64,000 nt of DNA from Gemmatimonas sp. (GCA_965279375.1 OZ257156.1:4000001-4064000), one strand, 5' to 3'; shown: positions 17,178 to 27,808, numbered from the stretch's first letter. Program-made: numbers and translations. Notes: generated from the letters alone by a model not told the origin.

Positions 17178-19957
17178 GCCGCGCTGGTCAAACGTGCGAC
17201 GATGTCAGCCGTCGCCGCCAGCGCCGCGTCGATCTGGGCGCCTTCGATTCCCGCCTGCGCCATGTGCGGCTTGCCGCCGCCGCGTCCACCCACGGTCGCT
17301 GCGACATCACGCACGATGATATCCGCACGCAGGCCGCGATCGCGGACGTCGTCGGTGGACACGGCCAGCAGCGCCCCCTTGCCGTCGGGAAGCAGGGCGC
17401 CGAGCACCGCGATGCCGCTGCCGAGCGCTTCGCGGACCGCGTCGCCGAGCGCCTGCAGGGCCTTCACGTCGGGCACCTCCACTCGAGTGGCGACGAGACG
17501 CACGCCGCCCTGCTCCGCCGCCTGGGCCGCGATCTGCTGCGCCTGGCCGCCTCCAGTGGCGCCGCCACGCATCGCCTGATCGAGTCGCTTTTCCAGCTGC
17601 TTCCGCTCCTCGAGCAGGGCGTCGAGCTTGCGCTCGATCTGCTCGAGATTTCCGGACGCGCCACCCATGGGCACCTTGAGACGCGACGCGACGTGCGTAA
17701 GCGCGCGTTCCCGCTCGGTGAGGAACTGGAACGCCTTCGGGCCAGTGACAGCCTCGATACGACGCACGCCAGCGGCGACGCCGACTTCGGCGATGATACG
17801 CACCAGTCCGATCTCCGCCGTATTCCGCACGTGGGTGCCGCCGCAGAGTTCGACCGACAGCGTAGGAATCTCTACGACACGCACAACGTCTCCGTACTTC
17901 TCGCCGAAGAGCGCCATCGCGCCCTGGGCGACTGCGTCGGCGTAGGCCTCTTCACGAATCGTGACGGGTGCCGCTGTCCATACGCCAGCGTTCGCCCTCC
18001 GCTCGATCTCTGCCAACTGGTCGGGGGTCACCGGGCCGTGGTGCGTGAAGTCGAAGCGAAGGCGATCGGGCGAGACGAGCGACCCCGCCTGATGCACGTG
18101 TTCGCCGAGTACGCCGCGGAGCGCCGCGTGCAGCAGGTGCGTGGCCGTGTGATTGCGTTCCGTGTCGTGGCGTCGCTCGCGCGGGACCGACGCGTGTGCC
18201 GGTCCAAAGACGATCTCGCCCGACGCGGTTCCGATCGCGGCAATGCGACCGTCCAGCTTTCGGACTTCGGTGACATCGACGGACCATCCCGTCCCACTGA
18301 TGCTTCCCGTGTCGGAAACCTGTCCGCCGGATTCAGCATAGAACGGTGACTCGTGCAGCATGACGGCGACACGCCCATCGGGAAGGTCGCGAACGGCGGT
18401 GACGATTGTATCCACCTCAGTTGCCCCGTAGCCGACGAACTTGCCCATGGCCGCGGCGTGCTGGGCGTCATGGGTCCACTGCGTCGGATCGCCGAAATCG
18501 TCCGCGCTCACCGTGAGTTGGCGTGACTTGCGTTCCGCCTGCGACTGCTTGCGCTGCGCGGAGAGCGCTTGCTCGAAGCCACTGATGTCCACGAGGTATC
18601 CACGCTCGCGCGCCATCAGTTCGGTCAGATCGATCGGGAAACCGAAGGTGTCGTACAAACGGAAGACGTCTTCGCCGGCGATCGTCCCGCGAATCGCGGT
18701 GGAGCCCTGAGTCGAACCGAGGGGCGCAAGCTCTTCAAAGCGCGACATGCCGGCATCGATCGTCGCGAGGAATCGCTCCTCTTCGGCGCGCGTCGTTTCG
18801 ATGATGTGCTTGCGACGGACGTGCAATTCCGGATAGACGCCGCGCATCCTGTCGATGAGCACCTCGACCACGTGCACGAGTGTCGGCTCTCGGCGACCGA
18901 GCAACCACGCGTGCCGAACGGCACGTCGGAGGATGCGACGCAGGACATAGCCGCGGCCATCGTTGGACGGGAAGACGCCGTCGGCCAGCAGGAACGACAC
19001 TGCGCGCGCGTGGTCTGCGATGACGCGGAACGAGGCCGGATCGATTTCGCGACCGTCTGGGCCGGTGGCGGTACCGATGCCGACACCGGGACGGTACGGG
19101 TACTTGATACCGACGATTTCTTCCACGCGCGCGATGAGCGGCGCGAACATGTCCGTGTGGAAGTTGTTCGTGACGCCTTGCAGAACCGCGGCGATGCGCT
19201 CGAGACCCGCGCCTGTGTCGACTGACGGCTTCGGCAGCGGAACGAGCGTGCCGTCCGCCTGCCGATCGAACTGCATGAAGACGAGGTTCCAGATTTCAAG
19301 GAAGCGTCCGGCTTCAGCGCCCTCGACGAATGCGTCGAGGCCGTAGTCGTCGAGATCGGTGCGCGTCCATTCGCCGTGGGCGTCCTTCGGGAAGGCCCAG
19401 TCGGGGGCGATCTTGGCGAGATCGACGTAGATCTCGGTGCAGGGACCGCAGGGGCCGGTGTCGGCCATCTGCCAGAAGTTGTCCTTGGCACCGAGTCCGT
19501 AGATGCGGCTTTCGGGGACGTTGGCGACGTCCTTCCACAGCTGCCGCGCTTCGTCGTCTTCATGGAAGACCGTGACGCGCAGATGCTCCCGAGGAATCTT
19601 CAGCTCTTCAGTGACGAACTCCCACGCGAACTTGATGGCGTCGCGCTTGAAGTAGTCACCGAACGAGAAGTTGCCGAGCATCTCGAAGAAGGTGTGATGG
19701 CGCGCGGTGTGCCCGACCTGCTCGAGGTCATTGTGCTTACCGCCAGCGCGCACGCACTTCTGCGACGTGGTCGCCCGTCGATTGCCGTCGGGCGCGTCCT
19801 CCATGCCGAGGAAGACTTTCTTGAATTGGACCATTCCTGCGTTGGTGAACAGCAGGGTCGGGTCATCGGCCGGCACGAGCGAGGAGCTCTGTCGGATGGC
19901 GTGGCCGTTCTTTTCGAAGAAGGCCAGGAATCGGGCACGGATTTCGGTCGCGAGCAT
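17174..19957 (-). CDS. alaS: Alanine--tRNA ligase
   Basis: DPTLLFTNAGMVQFK, RHHTFFEMLGNFSFGDYFK, EIWNLVFMQF, NHTATHLLH, ELCGGTH, GGRGGGKP. Confidence 0.99.
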   Translation of the reverse strand: MLATEIRARFLAFFEKNGHAIRQSSSLVPADDPTLLFTNAGMVQFKKVFLGMEDAPDGNRRATTSQKCVRAGGKHNDLEQVGHTARHHTFFEMLGNFSFGDYFKRDAIKFAWEFVTEELKIPREHLRVTVFHEDDEARQLWKDVANVPESRIYGLGAKDNFWQMADTGPCGPCTEIYVDLAKIAPDWAFPKDAHGEWTRTDLDDYGLDAFVEGAEAGRFLEIWNLVFMQFDRQADGTLVPLPKPSVDTGAGLERIAAVLQGVTNNFHTDMFAPLIARVEEIVGIKYPYRPGVGIGTATGPDGREIDPASFRVIADHARAVSFLLADGVFPSNDGRGYVLRRILRRAVRHAWLLGRREPTLVHVVEVLIDRMRGVYPELHVRRKHIIETTRAEEERFLATIDAGMSRFEELAPLGSTQGSTAIRGTIAGEDVFRLYDTFGFPIDLTELMARERGYLVDISGFEQALSAQRKQSQAERKSRQLTVSADDFGDPTQWTHDAQHAAAMGKFVGYGATEVDTIVTAVRDLPDGRVAVMLHESPFYAESGGQVSDTGSISGTGWSVDVTEVRKLDGRIAAIGTASGEIVFGPAHASVPRERRHDTERNHTATHLLHAALRGVLGEHVHQAGSLVSPDRLRFDFTHHGPVTPDQLAEIERRANAGVWTAAPVTIREEAYADAVAQGAMALFGEKYGDVVRVVEIPTLSVELCGGTHVRNTAEIGLVRIIAEVGVAAGVRRIEAVTGPKAFQFLTERERALTHVASRLKVPMGGASGNLEQIERKLDALLEERKQLEKRLDQAMRGGATGGGQAQQIAAQAAEQGGVRLVATRVEVPDVKALQALGDAVREALGSGIAVLGALLPDGKGALLAVSTDDVRDRGLRADIIVRDVAATVGGRGGGKPHMAQAGIEGAQIDAALAATADIVARLTSAA

Positions 19958-19993
19958 AGGCGCGGAAATATAGACGAGTCGCGCTCGTACGTC

Positions 19994-20719
19994 TCAGGGG
20001 TCGTCGGGCATCCGGCCAAGTTCGTCGAGGACCGATCGCAGCGCGGCGCCGCCGAAGCCACGCCGTTGGAGGAAGCCGAGTAGGCGGCGACGGGCCACGA
20101 CAGGATCGAGCGACTGCAGCGATCGCATGCGCTTCTCGGCGGCCGCTCGACAGGCGGCGATCTCGTCGAACCCCTCCTCAGCCACGGCATTCGCGATGGC
20201 CTGGTCGGCATCTCGGCCGCCAATGCCCTTGCTGCGGAGGGTTTGGCGCACGCGCGCGGGAGCGACACCGCGCCGAAGTCGCGACGCGGCTTCGGCAGCC
20301 GCTACCTCTGTGTCGACGATCAGTCCGGCCGACTCGAGCCGCTCGATCGCGAGTGCTACCAACGAGCGATCAGGCTCGCGGCGCCGAAGTCGCAGCTCGA
20401 GCTCGCGTTTGGTCTTGCGGCCGCGCGCGAGGAGGTCGACGGCACGTGCGACGAGATCAGAGACTGTCGCCTCGCGCGTGAGACGCTCCACGGCAACCAG
20501 GTCGAGCTGCGCTCCGATGCGCGTCGCGCCGGTATCGGCCAACGCGGCTACGCCGACGATGAAGGAGCGGCCATCGTTGAGCGTTACGGCGTAGCGCCCG
20601 GGTGCTCGCGGCGACTCCCGCAGCGCGGTCACCGTGAAGCTGTTTGGGCCGCTCTCGGGGGTGGGCGGAAAAAGAGCCGAGGGGCTACTCACGATGAGCC
20701 GTGGTGATCCGGGCACCAC
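19994..20719 (-). CDS. recX: Regulatory protein RecX (start may be GTG 20692)
   Basis: Directly downstream of recA; ELELRLRRR, RLESAGLIVD, RQTLRSKGI, RRLLGFLQRRGF. Confidence 0.88.
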   Translation of the reverse strand: MVPGSPRLIVSSPSALFPPTPESGPNSFTVTALRESPRAPGRYAVTLNDGRSFIVGVAALADTGATRIGAQLDLVAVERLTREATVSDLVARAVDLLARGRKTKRELELRLRRREPDRSLVALAIERLESAGLIVDTEVAAAEAASRLRRGVAPARVRQTLRSKGIGGRDADQAIANAVAEEGFDEIAACRAAAEKRMRSLQSLDPVVARRRLLGFLQRRGFGGAALRSVLDELGRMPDDP

Positions 20720-20781
20720 TTCTCACCGCAAGCCACCCCCCGGCTCGCTCTTTTCCGCGCATCCGACAGGACGCGCAGTTG

Positions 20782-21822
20782 CTACTCCTCCGGTTCGTCG
20801 GCTACGACGTCCGGATCGGCCTTGATGCCGAGCACGACCTTCACCTTCTCTTCGATCTCCGCCATCATCGCCGGATTGTCCTTGAGGAACATCTTGGCGT
20901 TTTCGCGGCCCTGGCCGATGCGCTGCGAGCCGTAGCTGTACCAGGCACCTGACTTGTCGATGATGCCGGAGTCCGACCCGATATCGACGAGCAGCGAGAC
21001 GTGGCTGATGCCTTCGGCGTACATGATGTCGAACTCCGCCTGCTTGAACGGCGGCGCGACCTTGTTCTTGACGACCTTCACGCGCACGTGCGAGCCGATG
21101 ACTTCTTCCTTCTCCTTGACCGGTCCGATGCGGCGGATGTCGAGGCGAAGCGAGGCGTAGAACTTGAGCGCCTTACCACCCGTGGTGGTCTCGGGGCTGC
21201 CAAACATGACGCCGATCTTTTCGCGCAGCTGGTTGATGAACACCACCGACGTCTTGGAGCGGGCGATCGCGCCGGTCAGCTTGCGCAGCGCCTGGCTCAT
21301 GAGGCGCGCCTGGAGACCGACGTGCGAGTCCCCCATGTCGCCTTCGATTTCGGCCTTGGGGACGAGGGCGGCCACAGAGTCGATGACGACGATGTCAACG
21401 GCGCCGGAGCGCACGAGGATCTCGCAGATCTCGAGCGCCTGCTCGCCAGTGTCCGGCTGCGAGATCAGGAGATTCTCGACGTCAACGCCGAGCTTCTTGG
21501 CGTATTCCGTGTCGAGCGCGTGTTCGGCGTCGATGAAGGCAGCAACGCCGCCGGCGCGCTGCGCGTTGGCCACCACGTGCAAGCACAACGTGGTCTTGCC
21601 GCTGCTCTCGGGGCCGTAGATCTCGGTGATGCGGCCGCGCGGAATTCCGCCGACGCCGATCGCGGCATCGAGATTGATCGCACCTGTCGGGATCGACTCA
21701 ACGCGCACTTTGGAATCCGTGCCGAGTCGCATGATGGATCCCTTGCCGCAGCTCTTCTCGATCTGAGCGACTGCGAGCGCCAGGGCCTTGCGCTTGTCGT
21801 CTGTCATCACCGTGCCTGCCAT
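20782..21822 (-). CDS. recA: Recombinase RecA
   Basis: [54 protein letters not shown]. Confidence 0.99.
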   Translation of the reverse strand: MAGTVMTDDKRKALALAVAQIEKSCGKGSIMRLGTDSKVRVESIPTGAINLDAAIGVGGIPRGRITEIYGPESSGKTTLCLHVVANAQRAGGVAAFIDAEHALDTEYAKKLGVDVENLLISQPDTGEQALEICEILVRSGAVDIVVIDSVAALVPKAEIEGDMGDSHVGLQARLMSQALRKLTGAIARSKTSVVFINQLREKIGVMFGSPETTTGGKALKFYASLRLDIRRIGPVKEKEEVIGSHVRVKVVKNKVAPPFKQAEFDIMYAEGISHVSLLVDIGSDSGIIDKSGAWYSYGSQRIGQGRENAKMFLKDNPAMMAEIEEKVKVVLGIKADPDVVADEPEE

Positions 21823-21871
21823 GATACCGCCGTCGTGAGGGGTGAAGCCGCCATGCCCTGGCTCGAAAAAA

Positions 21872-21919
21872 AATCTACCGGAAGCGCGAGCAGGACCAAG
21901 ACCCGAACAAAGTACGAAG
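21872..21919 (-). promoter_or_regulatory. Putative recA promoter with overlapping candidate LexA site
   Basis: -10 TAGATT (21872-21877) and -35 TTGGTC (21894-21899); GACC-N7-GAAC-N7-GAAG on the plus strand at 21894-21919. Confidence 0.4.
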
Positions 21920-21947
21920 AATACGCGATGTGGACAACTGGCAATTT

Positions 21948-22319
21948 TCAGGTCAAGGTGACCGAAAAGGCGTCAGGAATGTGGCGAACTCGGACGTTTC
22001 TGCCGGAAATCAGCACTCCGACGACGTCGAATCGGTAGCGGAGCTCCGGCGTTCCATGTCGATCGGTCCAGATTTGGGCGCTCCGGATCAACTCTCGTCG
22101 TTTGCGGGCGTGGACCGCTTCGATGGGGTCGCCGAACGCGTCGCCGCGTCGTGCCTTCACCTCGATGAAGGCGATGAGATCGCCGAGTTGCATGATGAGA
22201 TCGAGATCGCGATGTCCGCTGCGGAAGCGATGTGCAATCAGCGTCCAGCCGAATTGCTTGAGGAAGCGATAGGCGATGCGTTCGCCGACGAGTCCGAGAT
22301 GTTGGCGCGCCTTGGTCAT
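21948..22319 (-). CDS. yraN: YraN/UPF0102 family nuclease-like protein
   Basis: [40 protein letters not shown]. Start at ATG 22319. Confidence 0.9.
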   Translation of the reverse strand: MTKARQHLGLVGERIAYRFLKQFGWTLIAHRFRSGHRDLDLIMQLGDLIAFIEVKARRGDAFGDPIEAVHARKRRELIRSAQIWTDRHGTPELRYRFDVVGVLISGRNVRVRHIPDAFSVTLT

Positions 22320-22459
22320 GGGCAGAGTGTAGCGACGACTTTGCCGCGCGCTGGTACCGAAATCGTGCAGCGTGTGCCGCTTCATTGCTCGGGGATCGTG
22401 CGAGCCGCAATTTGGCCGGGTCCGTTGCATTCGCCTTCCGCGTTTCTCTTTCCTACCGC

Positions 22460-24943
22460 ATGCGCCCATCCCCGATAGGCACGGCTGTCGCGTTCGCCGT
22501 GTTCGCTGCGACGATGTTCGTTGCTGCTCGTCCGACTGGATCTGTCCCGGCACTTGGTCCTCTGCTTGATCCTGGCCGAGGAATCTGGAGCAGCGTGACG
22601 ACGGCCGAGTTGCCGGCGGATGCGTCGGCTGGAATAGCGGGGTTGTCTGGCGAGACGCGCGTCGTGTACGACGATCGCGCGGTGCCGCACATCTTTGCCC
22701 CGAACGTGTTGGATGCGTATCGCGCGTTGGGGTACGTGGTGGCGCGCGATCGGCTGTTTCAGCTTGAAGTGCAAGGGCGCGCGGGGGGCGGAACGCTGAC
22801 CGAGTTGGTGGGAGCGCGCGCGCTACCGGTAGACAAGGCGACGCGTGCTTCGGGAATGCCGCGTTCGGCGGAGCAGCGTCTCGCGAAGCTCGATACGACC
22901 GGCGCGTCGTGGCGGTTGATGCGTGCTTACGTGGACGGCGTCAACGCGTACGTGGACGATTTGTCGCCAGCGGCGTACCCGATCGAGTACAAGCTCCTTG
23001 GCCGTTCGCCAAAGCATATGCAGCCGATCGACGTTCTGCATTTGTTGAATCGAATGGGCTCGACGCTGGCCACGACGAGCGACGAGTTGACGCATCTGGA
23101 GGCGAGTGCGCGTGTGGGGCGTGCGGCGGCGGAAGCGTTGTTTCCGGTGCACTCGCCGATCGTTGAGCCGATTCAGCCGAATGGGCAGAGTGCGCCGCGC
23201 TTTGATCCGGTGACGATTCCCGGCCCCGGCGCGCCGGACACCAAGGCACTCGCGATGCTCGGCGCGTTCGGTCCGCACGGTGGCGCGTCATTGCTCGCGT
23301 TTGCCCCGGAGCGCAGCGACGACGCGATCGGGAGCAATAACTGGGCGGTGTCGCCGGCGCGTAGCGCGAGTGGCAAGGCGTTGCTGGCCGGCGATCCGCA
23401 TCTCGAGCTGACGCTGCCGTCGATCTGGTACGAAGTCCACATGGTCGTGAAGGACTCGCTCGACGTGTACGGCGTGACGATTCCAGGCGCGCCCGGCGTT
23501 GTGATCGGGTTTACGAAGTCGGTGGCGTGGACGTTCACGAACACTGGCGGCGACGTGATGGACTACTACGTCGAGAAGGTGAATAACGCCGACGCGCCGA
23601 CGAGCTACCTGCTGGATGGTGCACCGACGCCGTTGGAGCTTCGTGTGGAGCAGTACAAGTCGCCGACGGGCAGCGTGGTCGGCACGGATACGCTGCGATT
23701 CACGCATCGCGGCCCGATGCGAAAGGTCGGGACGCAGTGGGTGTCTGTGCGCTGGACCGTGCTCGAGTCGATGCGCGTGCTGGAGGGCTTCGAGGCAGCG
23801 GCGCGTGCGCGCACCTCCGACGAACTGCTCGATGGCATGGCGAAGCTGTACGAGTCCCCTGCACAGAATATGCTCACGGCCGACACGGCGGGTACGATCG
23901 CGATCCGTTCCACGGGTCGGTACCCGATTCGGCCGGGCGACGCGCGCGGCGACTGGTTGCACGACGGCAGTGTGCGCGCGAGCGACTGGGTGAGCAATTG
24001 GCCGACGAGCGATTACCCGCAATCGTTCCGGCCAGCGCAGGGTTACCTCGCTTCGGCGAACCAGGAGCCATTCGATCCGAAGGCGCAGCCCAACTATTTC
24101 GGTGCCGACTGGGAGCGCCCGTGGCGCGCGATGCGCATCAACACGCTCCTGCGCGCCGACAGCGCGGTGACGCCAGATGCGATGCGGCGATATCAGTCCG
24201 ATCCCGGCAGCGCGCGTGCCGATCTCTTCGTGCCGGCGCTTCTCGCGGCCGCATCAAAAGTCTCGGACGCGAAGACGACCAAAGCGGCTGCACTGCTCGG
24301 CGAGTGGGATCGTCGGTACACGCCGGACAATCGTCGGGCCGTGCTCTTTGAAGAGATGATGTCGCAGCTCTCAAAGCGCCTGTGGGATGAATTCCAGACG
24401 GACAGCGCGTGGAATCCCATTCCCAATGACATGATGACCGCCGTGTTGCTGCGCGATTCGGCGAGCGTGTGGTGGGATGATCGCCGCACACCCGCGAGCG
24501 AGTCACGGGATGCGCTGCTGGGCGCGGTGATGGCGAGCGCGCTGGACAGCGTGACCGCCAAGCGCGGCGATCCCGCGTCGGACGGCTGGCGTTGGGACAA
24601 GGTGCGTCACGCGAACATCATGCACCTGACGCAGTTGCCCGCGTTCTCTCGTCTCGAAGTGCCTGTGCAGGGAGGGAACGCGACGCTGTGGCCGTCCACC
24701 GGCAATGGCCACCATGGTCCAAGTTGGCGCATGGTGGTGGAGATGAGCTCTCCGCGACGTGCGTGGGCCACCTACCCCGGCGGTCAGTCGGGGCACCCGC
24801 TCAGCGCGCACTACGATGATCGCATTGACGGTTGGTCGCGTGGCGCTTTGGATACGCTGCGGTTGCCGGAACGCGAAGACCAACTCTCGGGCCCGTCGCA
24901 GCGCGCGCGGCTCGTGCTGACACCGGCCAAGGGAGCCCGCTAA
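22460..24943 (+). CDS. Penicillin acylase family (Ntn-hydrolase, peptidase S45) protein
   Basis: YDDRAVPHIFA, GYVVARDRLFQLE, IGSNNWAV (catalytic Ser), GDPHL, SANQ, YPGGQSG; N-terminal hydrophobic anchor. Confidence 0.93.
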   Translation: MRPSPIGTAVAFAVFAATMFVAARPTGSVPALGPLLDPGRGIWSSVTTAELPADASAGIAGLSGETRVVYDDRAVPHIFAPNVLDAYRALGYVVARDRLFQLEVQGRAGGGTLTELVGARALPVDKATRASGMPRSAEQRLAKLDTTGASWRLMRAYVDGVNAYVDDLSPAAYPIEYKLLGRSPKHMQPIDVLHLLNRMGSTLATTSDELTHLEASARVGRAAAEALFPVHSPIVEPIQPNGQSAPRFDPVTIPGPGAPDTKALAMLGAFGPHGGASLLAFAPERSDDAIGSNNWAVSPARSASGKALLAGDPHLELTLPSIWYEVHMVVKDSLDVYGVTIPGAPGVVIGFTKSVAWTFTNTGGDVMDYYVEKVNNADAPTSYLLDGAPTPLELRVEQYKSPTGSVVGTDTLRFTHRGPMRKVGTQWVSVRWTVLESMRVLEGFEAAARARTSDELLDGMAKLYESPAQNMLTADTAGTIAIRSTGRYPIRPGDARGDWLHDGSVRASDWVSNWPTSDYPQSFRPAQGYLASANQEPFDPKAQPNYFGADWERPWRAMRINTLLRADSAVTPDAMRRYQSDPGSARADLFVPALLAAASKVSDAKTTKAAALLGEWDRRYTPDNRRAVLFEEMMSQLSKRLWDEFQTDSAWNPIPNDMMTAVLLRDSASVWWDDRRTPASESRDALLGAVMASALDSVTAKRGDPASDGWRWDKVRHANIMHLTQLPAFSRLEVPVQGGNATLWPSTGNGHHGPSWRMVVEMSSPRRAWATYPGGQSGHPLSAHYDDRIDGWSRGALDTLRLPEREDQLSGPSQRARLVLTPAKGAR

Positions 24944-25281
24944 TGCCGATTGTTCGCCTGCTCATGCTTGCCGCCGCGATGGGCGCGGCCACGCAGTTCG
25001 TCGGATGGATTGCGATTCCGGCGCTCGCGGCCGTGTACGCGCTACTGCGTCGCCATCAATCCGCGCCGCGCGAGGCGATGTTGGCCGCGTTGGCCGGATG
25101 GCTGTTTCTGATCGGCCGACTCATGTCGTATCCGTCGTTCACAACCCTGCTCGATCGCCTGGGCAAGATCTTTCCGCTGCCGGGTATCGGCGTCGTCGCG
25201 CTCACTCTCGTGCTGGGGATGATCCTGGCGTGGAGTGCCGCACGCGTGGTCACTGGCGTCACCGCAAAAACCGAGAGCTGA
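24943..25281 (+). CDS. Small membrane protein (112 aa, 3-4 TM)
   Basis: TAATG overlap with the acylase stop; strongly hydrophobic. Confidence 0.75.
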   Translation: MPIVRLLMLAAAMGAATQFVGWIAIPALAAVYALLRRHQSAPREAMLAALAGWLFLIGRLMSYPSFTTLLDRLGKIFPLPGIGVVALTLVLGMILAWSAARVVTGVTAKTES

Positions 25282-25284
25282 ACC

Positions 25285-26910
25285 ATGACTGGTCTTGCCA
25301 ACAACTTCACGCGACGCGTTGCATCGATCGCGGCGCTAGCGGTATCGAACGTGTGGATGCCCACGCTCGCCTTTGCGCAGCAGGAAAAGGTCGACGCGCC
25401 GATGGTCGCTCGCATTCGCGAAGAAGGGATGTCGCGCTCACAGGTGATGGACCACATCAGTTGGCTAGCCGATGTGTACGGACCGCGCCTGACAGGCAGC
25501 CCCAATATCGAACAGGCGGGCGCCTGGGCGCAGAAGGCGATGCGCGACTGGGGTTTGGCGAATGTGCACGAGGAACGCTGGGCGTTCGGCAAAGGCTGGT
25601 CGTTGCAGCGATTCTCCGCGTCGCTGGTGGCGCCCCAGATGCAACCGATGATCGCGATGCCCAAGGCATGGTCGGCGGGCACGAACGGCAGCATTACCGC
25701 TGACGTCGTGCGGCCGGTGATCGAGAGCGAAGCCGATTTTGCGAAATATCGCGGCACGCTCCGCGGCAAGATCGTGCTGACACAACCGCTGCGTGCGGTG
25801 CGCATGCTGGACGGACGCATCGTGCTGCGCATGACCGACAAGGAGATCGCCGAAGCGTTGACCGAACCGGCGCCCGCCGCGGGGCGTGGCGCGGCAGCTG
25901 GCCCGCGCGCGGTTGCAACGCTGCAGCGACAGATCGACGACTTCTACAAGGCGGAAGGTGTCGTTGCCCTCCTCGATCGCGGCGCCGATGCAGACTCCTC
26001 GGCGGGCGGCAGCGACCTCTCGTGGGTAACTCAGCGTACGGATGGCGGCACGATCTTCGTGGGCGCTGGCGGCACGCGAGACTCGACGGCGGGCAGCGGT
26101 TTGCCGCAGGTGACGCTGGCGGTCGAGCACTACAATCGCATGCTGCGCATTCTGGACCGCAAAGTGCCCGTGCGCGTGCAGCTCGATATCGGCGTGCAGT
26201 TCTTCGACGAGACGACACCGCGCGGCTTCAACCTCATCGCGGAAATTCCTGGGACCGACACTGCGCTCAAGGACGAGTACGTACTCATCGGCTCACATTT
26301 CGATTCGTGGCACAGCGGCACCGGAGCCACGGACAACGCGACCGGCAGTGCGGCGATGATGGAAGCGATGCGCATTCTCAAAGCGATCGGCGCCAAGCCG
26401 CGCCGCACGATCCGCATCGCACTCTGGGGCGGCGAGGAGCAAGGACTGCTCGGCTCGAACGCGTACGTGCGCGAACATCTGGGCGACGCGCGCACGATGG
26501 CGCTCAAGCCTGAACACGCGAAGCTGGTGGCGTACTACAACATCGACAACGGCACCGGCAAGATTCGCGGCGTGTGGATGCAGGGGAACAAGGCGATCGA
26601 GCCGGTCTTCCGAGCCTTCACCGCGCCCATGGCCGACCTCGGCGTCAACATCCTCGGCCCGCGCTCCGTCGCCTCCACCGACCACGGCCCATTCGATGCG
26701 CTGAGCATCCCCGCGTTTCAGTTTGTGCAAGAGCGCTACGAGTACAACTCGCGCACGCATCACTCCAACATGGACGTGGTCGATCGCGTGCAGCCGGACG
26801 ATATGAAGCAGATGGCGACGGTGGTGGCGACGATGGCGTACCTCACGGCGATGCGCGAGCAAGCGCTGCCTCGGAAGCCGGTTCTGGCCCCGCGTCCTCG
26901 AGGGAACTAA
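25285..26910 (+). CDS. M28 family secreted metallopeptidase (carboxypeptidase Q-like)
   Basis: Signal peptide ending AFA-Q; GPRLTGS, GSHFDSW, GATDNATG, WGGEEQGLLGS, NIDNG, STDH, THHSNMD. Confidence 0.92.
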   Translation: MTGLANNFTRRVASIAALAVSNVWMPTLAFAQQEKVDAPMVARIREEGMSRSQVMDHISWLADVYGPRLTGSPNIEQAGAWAQKAMRDWGLANVHEERWAFGKGWSLQRFSASLVAPQMQPMIAMPKAWSAGTNGSITADVVRPVIESEADFAKYRGTLRGKIVLTQPLRAVRMLDGRIVLRMTDKEIAEALTEPAPAAGRGAAAGPRAVATLQRQIDDFYKAEGVVALLDRGADADSSAGGSDLSWVTQRTDGGTIFVGAGGTRDSTAGSGLPQVTLAVEHYNRMLRILDRKVPVRVQLDIGVQFFDETTPRGFNLIAEIPGTDTALKDEYVLIGSHFDSWHSGTGATDNATGSAAMMEAMRILKAIGAKPRRTIRIALWGGEEQGLLGSNAYVREHLGDARTMALKPEHAKLVAYYNIDNGTGKIRGVWMQGNKAIEPVFRAFTAPMADLGVNILGPRSVASTDHGPFDALSIPAFQFVQERYEYNSRTHHSNMDVVDRVQPDDMKQMATVVATMAYLTAMREQALPRKPVLAPRPRGN

Positions 26911-26943
26911 CCGAGCGTCGCCGTCGACGCGGCTCGTGCCGCG

Positions 26944-27720
26944 TCAGAGCCCTTTGCGCGTGGCGAGCATCAGACCAGGGTCGTCGCTGATGATCCCCTG
27001 TACGCCGCCACGCCAGAGGCGCAGCGCGTCGGCGGGCTCGTTGATCGTCCAGACGTGCGTGACGTTCCCGGTGCCCTTGAGCGATCGGGTGATGGCGAGA
27101 ATGGGCACGGGAATACCGTTGAACGAAGGCGGAATGCAGAGCGCCTGATACGGCTGTGGACCAACGCGACGGCCGAGCATCGCTGGCAGCATGAGCGCCG
27201 CCACGTCGCCGCGCGTTCCGTTGGTGGCGAAGCCGAGGCCGCGCAGTGGGTGAATCGCCCGCGCGTCAAAACCAGCGACGATGATGCGCGAAGCAATGCC
27301 GTGGCGCTCCACCGCTTGCCGAATGAAGGGCGTGGCAGCGGGCGTCTTCACTTCGATGATCATCGGCAGCGTACGCGGCAGTGACTCGATGACCTCGTCG
27401 AAGGTGGAGATACCTGCCCCGCGCCCGCGCCAGGGGTAGGTCTTGCCACCGTCCTTGGTGAAACGAGCGCCGGCGTCCACCTGACGGAGCTCGGCAAGCG
27501 TCTTCGCAGCAACCGGGCCTGACGCATCGGTCGTGCGATCGAGCGTGTCGTCGTGGAGCATGACCAGCACGCCGTCTCGCGAGAGATGCACGTCGAATTC
27601 GACAGCGTCCGCACCGAGCGCTACGGCCTCGAGTAACGAGGGGAGCGTATTCTCCGGCGCGTGCGCGCGATTGCCGCGATGCCCGATGACAGGACGTGCG
27701 TTGGGGTCGAGCAGGATCAT
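26944..27720 (-). CDS. Glycerophosphodiester phosphodiesterase
   Basis: IGHRG, PENT, EFDVHLSRDG, HDDTLDRTT, IEVK, VWTIN, GIISDDP. Confidence 0.93.
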   Translation of the reverse strand: MILLDPNARPVIGHRGNRAHAPENTLPSLLEAVALGADAVEFDVHLSRDGVLVMLHDDTLDRTTDASGPVAAKTLAELRQVDAGARFTKDGGKTYPWRGRGAGISTFDEVIESLPRTLPMIIEVKTPAATPFIRQAVERHGIASRIIVAGFDARAIHPLRGLGFATNGTRGDVAALMLPAMLGRRVGPQPYQALCIPPSFNGIPVPILAITRSLKGTGNVTHVWTINEPADALRLWRGGVQGIISDDPGLMLATRKGL

Positions 27721-27808
27721 GTCGGAACTATAGGCGGATCAGCGGCTGACGCCTACCACTGCTATGCCGGGCTGTACCGAACCGATACGGGAGCGCTGTC
27801 TCCGAGAT

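Noticed and set aside
21866..21873. A8 homopolymer near the recA promoter as a phase-variation tract
   Set aside because: Short, non-coding, and adequately explained as the AT-rich -10/discriminator region.
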